Assembly (NCBI RefSeq): GCF_963921235.1
Contig: NC_086108.1
Location: 92,258,001 to 92,322,000, forward strand
From: Mobula hypostoma
Taxonomy: Eukaryota
Direction of reading: 5' to 3'
Length of the DNA: 64,000 nucleotides
The notes under the pieces were generated by a model, which did no database searches, was not told where the DNA came from, and was given only the letters and a program-made list of their open reading frames with translations. Positions within the stretch are counted from its first letter, which is position 1; every line of letters starts with the position of its first letter. Positions 10,851 through 21,679 of the stretch are shown here, piece by piece. Both the position numbers and the translations under genes were made by a program.

Positions 10851-10943
10851 GGCATACTATACTTAAGTCGACTATAAGCCATACTTATAATAATACATAA
10901 TAGTATATAATACTTATAATAATACATAAGACATACTGATGTG

Positions 10944-12050
10944 TACTATAAGCCTACTGACTCTCACAGCTATCTGGACTATTCCTCTTCTCACGCTGTC
11001 TTGCAAAAATGCCATCCCCTTCTCGCAATTCCTCCGTCTCCGCCGCATCTGCTCTCAGGATGAGGCTTTTCATTCCAGGACAAAGGAGATTTCCACCTTT
11101 TTTAAAGAAAGGGGCTTTCCTTCCTCCACCATCAACTCTCAAACGCATCTCCCCCATTTCACGCACATCTGCTGTCACTCCATCCTCCCGCCACCCCACT
11201 AGGAATAGGGTTCCCCTGGTCCTCACCTACCACCCCACCAGCCTCCGGATCCAACATATAATTCTCTGTAACTTCCGCCACCTCCAACGGGATCCCACCA
11301 CTAAACACATCTTTCCCTCCCCCTCTCTCTGCTTTCCACAGGGATCACTCCCTACGCGACTCCCTTGTCCATTCGTCCCCCCCATCTCTCCCCACCGATC
11401 TCCCTCCTGGCACATATCCTTGTAAGCAGAACAAGTGCTACACATGCCCTTACACTTCCTCCCTCACTACCATTCAGGGCCCCAGACAGTCCTTCCAGGT
11501 GAGGCGACATTTCACCTGTGAGTCAGCTGGGGTGATATACTGCGTCTGGTGCTCCCAATGCGGCCTTCTATGTATTGGCGAGACTCGACGCAGACTGGGA
11601 GACCGTTTTGCTGAACACCTACACTCTGTCCGCCAGAGAAAGCAGGGATCACCCAGTGGCCACACATTTTAATTCCACGTCCCATTCCCATTCTGATATG
11701 TCTATCCACGGCCTCCTCTACTGAAAAGATGAAGCCATACTCAGGTTGGAGGAACAACACCTTATATTCCGTCTGGGTAGCCTCCAACCTGGTGACATGA
11801 ACATTGACTTCTCAAACTTCCGCTAATGCCCCACCTCCCCCTTGTACCCCATCCGTTATTTATTTTTTTCTCTCTCTCTCCTTTTTCTCCCTTTGTCCCT
11901 CTCACTATACCCGTTTCCCATCCTCTGGGCTTCCCCCTCCCCCTTTCTTTCTCCCTAGGCCTCCCGTCCCATGATCCTCTCATACCCCTTTTGCCAATCA
12001 ACTGTCCAGCTCTCGGCTCCATCCCTCCCCCTCCTGTCTTCTCCAATCGT
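10944..12050 (+). mobile_element. Penelope-like element, 5'- and 3'-truncated (right arm of inverted pair)
   Basis: Begins tactataagcctactgactctcac (YYKPTDSH); ORFs 10939-11202 and 11009-11425; GIY-YIG region ~11510-11826. Confidence 0.95.
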
Positions 12051-12147
12051 TTCGAAAAGATTCGGAGGATGCTTTGAACCTTTTCCTCCATTTGCCTGGC
12101 AATCTCTGACAAAAGGTCTCAGAACAGAGCATTTGTTTTAGGGGCCT

Positions 12148-13465
12148 GATAAGACCCAAAGACACAGGAGCAGAATTAGGACATTCAGCACCTAGAGTCT
12201 GCTCTGCCATTCCATCATGGCAGACAGTGATCCTAATATGATAGAATTCACCCTGCAGTTTGAGAGGGACGAGATAAAATTGGATGTATCAGTATTATAG
12301 TGGAGTAAAGGGAATTACAGAGGCATTAGAGTGGAGCTGGCCAAAGTGGATTGGAAGGAGTCACTAGCAGGGATGACGGCAGAACAGCAGTGGCTGAAGT
12401 TCCTGGGGGCAATTTGGAAGGGACAGGATAGATACATTCCAAAGATAAGAAGTCTTCTAAAGGGAGGATGAGGCATCCATGGATGACAAGAGAAGTTAAA
12501 GACAGCATAAAAGCAAAAGAGAGGGCATATAATATAGCAAAAATGTGTTGGAATTTAGAGGATTGGGAAGCTTTTAAAAACCAACAGAAGACAGATTTTA
12601 AAAAGCCATGAGAGAAAAGATGAAATATGAAGGTAGACTAGCTAATAATATCAAAGAGGATACAAAAAGATTTTCTTTCAGAAATATAAAGAGAAGGGAG
12701 AGTGAATATCAGAACCCTGGAAATGATAGTAAATGATAGAAAAGGTAGTAATGGGGGGACAAAGAAATGGCAGATTGCATCAGTCTTTACTGTGGAAGAC
12801 ACTCGCAGTGTGCCAGAAATTTGAGAGTGTCAGGGGGCAGAAATGAGTATATTCGTTATTACTAAGGAGAAGGTGCTTGGGTAGCTGAAAGGACTGAAGG
12901 TAGATAGTCACCTGAACCAGATGGACTATACTCCAGGGTTTTGAAAGAAGTAGCTGAGGAGATTGTGGAGGCATTATCTTTCAGGAATCACTCGATTCCG
13001 GAAAGGTTCCGGAAGGCTAGACAATTGCAAATGTCACTCTGCTCCTTGAGAAGGGAGAAAAGCAGAAGTAAGGAAATAATTGGCTATTTAGCCTGACTTC
13101 AGTGGTTGTGAAGACATTGGAGTCAGCCATAATGGAATTGCAGAGCAGACTCAATGGGCTGAGTGGCCTAATTCTGCTCCTGTGGCTTATGGCTTATTTA
13201 TTATCCCTCTCAACTCCATTCTCCTGTCTCCTCTGTATAACATTTGACACCCTGACTAATTAAGAACCTATCAATCTCCACTTTAAATATACCCAATGAC
13301 CTGGCCCCATATTCTACACTGCACCCTCTGGTCCTAGATTCCACCCACTCCCCACTATAGGAACCATCCTCTCCACTTCCATTCTATCCGGGCCTTTCTA
13401 CATTCTCTAAGCTTCAATGAGATCCTCCCTCATTCTTCTAAAACCCAGCGAGCACAGGCCCGGTC
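12148..13465 (-). mobile_element. CR1 3' fragment split by a nested plus-strand CR1
   Basis: Tail ataagacccaaagacacaggagcagaattagg..ccatcatggc (12148-12220) resumes as tttattatccctctcaac at ~13197. Confidence 0.75.
12221..13196 (+). mobile_element. Internally deleted CR1 (ORF2 linker region joined to 3' tail)
   Basis: Homologous to 23680-24570 (cagtgatcctaatatgatagaattc..gcctgacttcagtggtt), then jumps to tail ...ctaattctgctcctgtggcttatggctta. Confidence 0.85.
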
Positions 13466-14419
13466 TCATTCAACATACAAAATGATGCGGGTCTGCCTAG
13501 TGTAGGTTGGTCCTCAGTACAGGGAACATTAGCCTGGAAGATGTCCCTGATGTCGTTATCTGGAGGATTCTGACAGGCAAGCTTTTAGTCTCAACCACCG
13601 TTGATTCCAAATACATGCTTGATGAAGTATATTTTACAATAGGTCCCCAACATATGTTGTGTTTTTCCGAGAGTATACAACAGGTCTGCTTGTGGTATCA
13701 TTACTATAAATTGTTAATTAGGTTGGTATTAATTGTGGTTCATTAAAAAATGCCATGCTTGTGTATGGAGTCATTTAGAATATGAAGGGACTGTGAAATC
13801 ATGATCATTATTCTGAATCGTATAGCCAAGGGAATGGAATAATCGCACCCATGGATTAACACGTGGTGTTCTAATACCTCACAGTGTCAATTTAAACATT
13901 TTCTCACAAATACACGCAGGCTCAGAACTCAGAACTGGTTTGAACTAGTTATATAATTAACAATGCATGTCATAGACCTTCTTGTATTCCAGTTTCTGCA
14001 TTTAACTCAAGCAGCCATAGAAGTACATAATTTCCCCAGGGACCTGTCAGCCTATTGTAATTACCCTAATATTTTTACATATCTCTTTCCCTTCAAAAAA
14101 ACACATTAAGATTTTGTATTTAACATTTCAATGTTTTAAATTTTTTAATTCAATTATTAATTTACTGTGAAACATATTTTACATTCCTTTGACTTCAGTC
14201 GAGGTCTTGATCTGGCTGATTTTCATTGATTGCTTCTATCTGAGATCAGACATGGAAGCGTATGACATCAATGAAGCCTTTTGACTCATTGTTTCCCATG
14301 CTGGATAAAAAAGAACATTGATTGGACTTTTTAGTTTTGTCACTTTATGGGACCTCTGCATGCAAGCAAATCAGAAATTGAAAATCATTGTACTTTCTGT
14401 GTTTTTTTAAATTAATTAA

Positions 14420-14685
14420 ATTTAGAGATCTATTATGGAACAGGCTTTTCTGGCCCAATGAGCCATGCTATACAAAAACCCACCTATTTAACACTAGCTT
14501 AATCACAGAACAATTTACAATGACCAATTAACCGACTAACCGTAATGTCTTTGGACTGCGGGAGGAAACCAGAGCACCCAGAGGAAATCCATGCAGTCAT
14601 GGGGAAAACGTACAAACTCCTTCCAGACAGCAGTGGAATTGAATTCCAAGTTCTTGCACCAACCACTATGTGACCACAGTGCCCA
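14420..14685 (-). mobile_element. V-domain SINE
   Basis: ctttggactgcgggaggaaaccagagcacccagaggaaatccatgcagtcatgggg = reverse of the V-SINE core; CR1-like tail. Confidence 0.8.
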
Positions 14686-15524
14686 TGATTCTCTGGTTTA
14701 TGGTTGGCATTAAAAATAACATCAGGAGGAGATGTGGATATTTATGTCAAGCTTTGTGCAAAATCCTTTCAAATCCCTATTTGGCTCAAGTAGTTTTTCT
14801 TCATCTTCATGGAATCGGGAGAGATAATGACGTGTTTCCTTCGAACATCTCATCCCGAAATTTATCTCTGAAATGGAAGTCTTCTTCAATCTCAGGGGAA
14901 AACTCATCTCTCCATTCTCCCTGTCTAGAGCAAAAGTATTTTAACTTCTGATCTCAAGTGGGGTCCAGCTGGAGGCTGTTCATAGTGCACCAAGAAGATG
15001 TCTCCCATCTCATTGACACACGTAATAGTTGAGTATGATGTTCTCCAAAGAAGTTGTCTTTTGGTGGGTCCTCAGGTGACTGCAGAGGCCAATCCAGGAT
15101 CCACGTAACCAAGAAGTTAGGGTGGATTCCCCTAATGGACTCCTTGCCACTGAACTCTGACCCCAGTCTGTCAAAGACCATGCATTGGTGACCCATGCAT
15201 CAGCCTCCCCTATTTCCCTAACACCTATGCGTGACTATGTTTAACGTGGGGACTTGTCAGGATCAGTGACAAGGCTAACATCTGTAACCCGATCCAGAGT
15301 TGTCCTTAAGAAATAAACATTTATCCAACAGGTCGTTGCCAAATATGACATTTATAAATAGAATTGGAATCTTCTTTGTATAAAATATTAACTGGAACTT
15401 GATAGACCACAAGTGGTGGTTGAGCAGCTTGGGTCGGTTGGTGGTGGGAGGGGAATGGTTTAGATAGGGATTTGTGTGGAAAATCAGGCCTTACCTGGGG
15501 AAATGGGGCTGGAGTAAGGATATG

Positions 15525-15672
15525 ATCTGTATTGGGGGAGTGAGAGGATGAGGTGAGAGAGATTTTTGCCAAGTCTGTCTATCCCAGGTATGATGAGGAG
15601 GATAGGAGGGGTTAAGTATTATGAGGAAGAATGGGGGGAGTAGGGAGTGGATGACAGGGAGGGAATGGGGAA
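15525..15672. repeat. Purine/G-rich low-complexity tract
   Basis: Runs of gagg/gggga. Confidence 0.6.
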
Positions 15673-16561
15673 GTTGCCCTGCTGTAACCTCTTAACACAC
15701 CACTTTGTGTAATAGTTTTAATTTGAAAGTGCCTTTAACATGCTGTATTTGTGAGAGGAAAACCAGCAATCACACTATGCTCCCCTAAATCCTTATATCT
15801 TTCACTAGTGGAGTAATATTTTCCTTCTCATAAAATCTTAGTGAGTTTTGTCTTTAATCAGCTTTGTCTTCTCACCAGATAGTTTACAGTCAACACTTTC
15901 CTGTTTCTAATTGTGTGGACTAGTTCATTACTATTGAGCTGTTTCATGGAAAATGGTGCAAGTTCAGCTGTTAAACCTTCAGCCTGGCCACCTCGGCAGT
16001 TTTCCTCTGTCACATGCACACCTCGCTGAATCTGACCCCAACGATAATTCTATCATCAATCGGTAAACACCTCCACTTCATCACAGGCCTGTCAATAAGT
16101 CGCAACATTGCAGCCAATGAATTCCTATTGGGCAGTCAGTTTTCTGTGCTTTTCTGCTGCAGAAGAATGTCAGAAGTTGCCAACCAGAAAAATCATCTGC
16201 CATAATTCGCATAAGCACTTCAGATGCTTGTGAGGTTTCATTCTAAACATGGAATGGCACACTGCAATCCAAAAGTTCTTCATCCAAGACAACTATCCTC
16301 ATGGTTTGTTGCTAACTCTGCAAAGATTGAGGCAATAGTAATTTCCTCTTACAGATCATGATGCTTTGGGTCACATATTTTCACGTGCTTATGATTTATA
16401 GTGGGAGGAGACTCAACTGGAACAAAACAGTGACTTGGGCCAAAGTATCCACTGTTCATATTCCAGTCTTCACCACCCATTTACAGAACCCTCAGCTGGC
16501 TGTAACTTCTCTAGAAGCAGAGAAGCCTGTTTTCAGTTATCCATACCACAGACTCTAGAAA

Positions 16562-16870
16562 TCCCTCCCTAGCTGCCCTTTCTACCCTACTTTAGCCCTC
16601 TTTGGCCCTTTGATTTCCTCTTTCTCTCCGATCCCCTCTCTGGGACCCTCTGACCCTATTTCACTGCCTCTCCAAAACCCTTCCCCATCCCTTTTATCCA
16701 CCTCTGTCTGTCTTTCTAACTCCTTCTCATAGCCCCTCCCATCCCTTCTTACAGATCCTTTAACCTCTCCTCTCTGCCCATCCAATGCCGTGTGTCTCCC
16801 CTCTTAACAGCCCTCTAACTCCTTCTCTCAGCCCTTCTTCCTGCTCTTCTAACACCCTCTCTCCTCCTTG
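16562..16870. repeat. Pyrimidine-rich (CT) low-complexity tract
   Basis: ~300 bp with very few G on the + strand. Confidence 0.75.
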
Positions 16871-17430
16871 TTCACAATACAACTGTATAGCCAAGCATCT
16901 GTCCACCTGTCCCAATGTCAGTATGTGACTCTCTGACAAATTTTGTGCAAAGATTCCCTGAGGTAAACCATGTTCGGTTGTTATCACTGTATTCAAGTCA
17001 TTACGTGAGTGCAAGTCACTATTTCTGAAGTCACAATCAAGTGATGCGATGTGCCCCGTGGCTAAACAACAATCATCTTAAAATGGAGCAATAATATTGA
17101 TAAATAATTTCAGTGATATTAAGAGAAATGTACCCACCCTCTATCTATTACCTCAGTCACTGAACTGTAAGTACTTTAAACCATTTTTTATAATGCTGTT
17201 TACATTGTAAATACAAGCTGGTATTTATGCATTTATGCACAATTTATTTCATGTCTGTACTTTAACCTCTAACTTTAGTTTTTATGCACTGTAATTCTTT
17301 ATAATTATTAAATGTTGTTTCTCGTTGCATGCTGTGCCTTCGCCAACACAAGACAGCGAAGCCCTAATGCATGTAACTGTATCTGGAGAATGAAGTTCAT
17401 CCCTGATATGAAGGTGGATTAAAATAATTT

Positions 17431-17565
17431 AGAAACAAGAGAAAATCTGAAGAAGCTGGAAATCCAAGCACCACACACACAAAATGCTGGAGGAGCTCAG
17501 CAGGCCAGGCAGCATCTACGGAAAAGAGTATAGTCGATGTTTAGGGCCGAAACCTTTCGGCAGGA
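17431..17565 (-). mobile_element. Penelope-type terminal fragment ending at a decayed hammerhead motif
   Basis: aaaatgctggaggagctcagcaggccaggcagcatcta..agtcgatgtttagggccgaaacctttcggcagga. Confidence 0.8.
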
Positions 17566-19570
17566 AAAATAATTTAGAGTACTTGTAATCACAGATCTGA
17601 GCATGGTAATGGTTAGTGTCTATGACCAGTTCCTGGATCAATAGCGTAACAATGTGCCTTTCAAGTATATTGGACTGGTAATGCACACCGTGGCACATAT
17701 AAATGCCCATTTTTGGACCTTGGCAACATTGGTTGAAGCTGAATAAGTCAGATCTTCACTTAATTTGCAGTGTTGGAGCAGCCTCTAGTGGAGGAATATG
17801 CTGGAAAGGTTCAGGTTTTGTGAAAAGAGTTTCCATTGTTTTTTTTTAACTGAACTATAGTTGTGTTTTTAATTAGAGGCTCCATGCATTAAACAGTTCT
17901 AATCTCTGAGCATGTGCATATGAATCCAAATGAATCGATGCTTATAATTGGCAGTATTAAGAAACCAACCTCTGCAGCACGCACCGGAACGCACTAATAT
18001 GCTAATATCATGTTAATTACCATGAAACTTACTGATTGTAATTTATAAGCACATGGTTAATTTGAGCAGGAGACTGAAGTAGCCTTCAAGCACATTATTC
18101 AGTAATAATGTGCACTGTTACATTTTTGATTGCTATTATATTGCTCTGTTTTTTTCTTTGCAACCCTGTGCCACTTAATCCCTTCACAGACAAGAAACAT
18201 TAGTTAGGTTTGAACTACAGTCTGACTAACATTAAAAACTAGATTGCGGTTTGTAATTCTACGAATATTTTCTATTTAAAGGGGATGGGGAAAAAATGCT
18301 GCTATCAGTATGAAAGAGTAAGTCTCCTTCCTCTTTCCAGTGCAATTTTCTCTTTTTATTGAGCAGTGAGGTAAAGTTTGGGCAGATTGCATTTCATTTG
18401 GAAATTGAAGGCCACTTTATGAAATGATTGGATAATTCCATCAGTAATTAACCACAGAGATAACCTCATAGTAAGAGGGGACACTGGTACACTGTAGGTA
18501 CTATGAGAAAGGCTTAAAAAAATAAGAAATCACATTTGAAGTGGTATCAACTCCCAATAAATACACCCTCCTTTCACAGATACAACCATTCTTTTCAGAA
18601 AGATTTCTCTCCTGAGATGGCTGCATGACCCTTGTAAAATTCTAAATATATTCATAACATAAGATGTATTTGTGCCAACATATAAATGTGAATCTTCTGT
18701 GTATTTTAGTGCATACAAAATACCAACCATACAACTTGCCAGCAGAGAAAGATATGATCCAGAAATGAACAAACTGACTGGAACTTGTTTCCAGTTAAGT
18801 ACAGATCTGATTGAACTAATTTGCTCTTGTAATTCCAATCTACTAATTTTTCTGTAAGTTCTGATCACTGTAAATTTTATTGCCAAATGACACGTGCAAA
18901 CTGTAAAAGAGGAACTGGTAGATGCCTGGGGTAGAGCCACATGGGGATAGCCAGAGAAGTGTAAGCGGAGTGAAATAAAGAGAAGCAAAATCAAACTGGT
19001 TTAATATTCAAAGATTCAGGGTATATGTGTTAACAAAGTATGTATACAGAATACAACTCTGAAGTCCGTCCTCCTGTGGGCAGCCACAAAACAAAGAAAC
19101 ACCATGGAACCAGTTCAAGAAAACACCAAACATCCAATGCCCGAAAAAAAGAACAAATTGTGCAAACGGCAAAAAGCAAGCGGACAAGACATAGAATATC
19201 GAACATCAAACCAGGAGACCAGTAGTATTCAGTTTGGTTCAGCTCAGTGTCACACCACTAGCCCTAGAAGAATGCAAGCAGACAGTAGAAGGTATAGATT
19301 GGGTGGCTTATACAGGGTGCTTGGAAATAGGCATTGGGGTTCATCGTGATTTTGTTCTGAGCTAACTTCAATGCCTGTGCAAACCAATAATATGGAAACT
19401 GCTCTGGAGAACACACAACCAGAATTTAAAAAGGTTTAGTATAAAGGTATGTTAAAAGAAGCTAAAATGGATGTTGGCATAAAAGAGGAAAGGGATGGAA
19501 ATATAGAGGCAAGAAGAATTAATATCATTGAATACATCTTGGTTTAAAATAATGACCAATGAAATTATGG

Positions 19571-19725
19571 AGACAGAAAAGGCTGCAGATGCTAGAATCT
19601 GGAATTGTGGACATTTTGGGTCAGGACCTTACGTCAGGGTTTTGACCCGAAGCATCAACAATTCCTTTCCCTCCCACAGATACTGCTTGACCCACTGAGT
19701 TCCTCTAGCAGATTGTTCGTTGTTC
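19571..19725. mobile_element. Fold-back Penelope-end element
   Basis: ttttgggtcaggacc..cgtcagggttttgacccgaagcatc, flanked by ctgcagatgct and cagatactgcttgacccactgagttcc. Confidence 0.6.
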
Positions 19726-20035
19726 AATGACATCATCACGGGTGCACTGGAAAAGCAAAGAAGCAGGATTACACGATGATAGGTTCAGAAGATTCAAACT
19801 CATTTACTTATCACATGTGCATTGAAACATACCGTGAGATGTGTCATTCACAAGCTAAGAAAGTGCTGAGGGAAGCTCACAAGCGTCACCACGCATTCTG
19901 GTGCCAATGTAGTATGCCCACAATGTTCAGTAGCACAGCAACAAGACAAAACAACAACAGCAAAACAGGCCCCTTTCCCTCTACCACCCATTCACTCACT
20001 ACCTCAAACACACAGATAGGTGTCCAAACCCAGGA

Positions 20036-20177
20036 CAGGGTTAGTCGGGGCATGAGTGATTATGGGGAGAAGGCAGGAGATTGGGGCTGAAAGGGAAATG
20101 GATTAGCCATGATGAAATGGCAAAGCAGACTTGATGGGCCAAAGGGCCTGGCTCTGCTCCTATATCATACGGTCTTA
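20036..20177 (+). mobile_element. CR1 3' tail nested in a minus-strand non-LTR tail (~19785-20400)
   Basis: gattatggggagaaggcaggagattgggg..gatgggccaaagggcctggctctgctcctatatcatacggtctta. Confidence 0.75.
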
Positions 20178-20825
20178 AGGACAGGGCGTCTCCAGCTCCC
20201 AGTGGACTCACAAACTCACAGACATTGGGCCTCCAACATCCCCAGTGGATTTGCAGGCCCAGGATTCTGCCATCAGACCTCGACTTCAGGACTGCTTGGC
20301 TTCGGTCATCGACTTTCAGCGTCAGTCTTCAGTATCATCCCCAGGACTTGCCGATGATGGGCCCCAAACTCCAAGCCTCCAACTCCCAACTCACTGACCT
20401 AGGGGGTCACTGGTCTTCATGTCTCCTTAATGCCAATACAGCCATTTAATAAAGCCATAAGTAATGCTAATGAAAATTATGGTCTAATCGTACAGTCATA
20501 CCATGCACTTTCCTCAGCTTGCTTGTGTTTTTATATTATCATCTATAGTGTATACTTGTAATTCAATGAATTTTCTAGTCATTGCAAGATAGTTGCTTCT
20601 GTATTTTTTCTAAAAGCTTCTTAGCTTTCTGTAGCAGATGTCATGCAGATGTATTCATTGATACCTGTCAATGAATCTGGTTATTTTGATAGGTTAATTG
20701 TCACGAGAATTTTGTTATCTCCAGCCTGAGTATGAGATGACTATGATGTTTTTCCCTTTGTCTTTCCTTTCTTCTTGCAGCTCCTCTTTCTTGTTCGTTT
20801 TCCACTCTTGTAACACTTAATAAAC

Positions 20826-21066
20826 CTCAATGACCCAGAGAGCTATGTTGGCTGGAGTCAGGGCCTTGTGTCTGGTTCTTGGTAGGGACAATCATGCCAA
20901 TCAGGTCAAAGGGTAGAGGACAGACTAAGACTGGTCCACTGCTCCTCCAAGTATAGGGGTTCAGCTCAGGGCTAACCACCCTGACTGGTCAAAAAATATT
21001 GTTATGGAAAGAGAAACCTCATTGCTGCCCTAAGCACCAGCGATGTAACGAGAAATAAATAAGTAA
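20826..21066 (+). mobile_element. RTE-derived non-autonomous element
   Basis: aatgacccagagagctatgttggctggagtcaggg..gggctaaccaccctgac..gctgccctaagcaccagc..aataaataagtaa (RTE-like 5' region fused to a (taag)n-like tail). Confidence 0.55.
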
Positions 21067-21679
21067 CACTTAATAAAGCAATCATAAGCAATAAGCTTAG
21101 TGCCTCATCCTTGACTTCCAAAGAGCCCTTGGATCACAAAAGCATCAGGATCCAACAAAGGGGAAGGACAGCAGGTACATTGGAATGCCATCACTGGCAT
21201 GTTCTTCACACTGTCCTGATTCAGAGGTATATCATCGATGATCATCGCTGGTCTAGATTCTGGAACTTTCTACCCTCCTGTACTGTGAGAGGTCCCTCAC
21301 CAGAAGGACAGCAGCAGTTCACCATCAGCTTCTTGAGGGAATTTAGTGAAGGTACCTGTCGATGACACTCTAATCCCAAAAAAAATTGAATAAATGATAA
21401 TAAAAATGAGGTACTAAATACAAAGACAAGAGTAAAGACCAGCTTGTATTGCAGCTTAATCAGAAGGGTATTGCAACTGGCTCCATACAAACCAACAATA
21501 TAGACTCAGAAGAATGGTACATTGTTACTTTGCCATGACATTGTCCACTCTGAAGAAATATAAAATATTTCAAAAGACTCAAAAGATTGGATGCCTTCCA
21601 TTTTCCAGAGGGTCATTCAGTCCACGGCTTGAAGTACGATTTGAGAATCCTCAGGCATTTTGGGACTCAACAAGTCCTG

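Noticed and set aside
16100..16285. Ancient Deu-domain/SINE2-like relic
   Set aside because: Only a vague resemblance of the tail; too degenerate to support without an alignment
18530..18994. 154-aa minus-strand ORF
   Set aside because: Non-ATG start, no domain motif, and composition typical of a chance ORF
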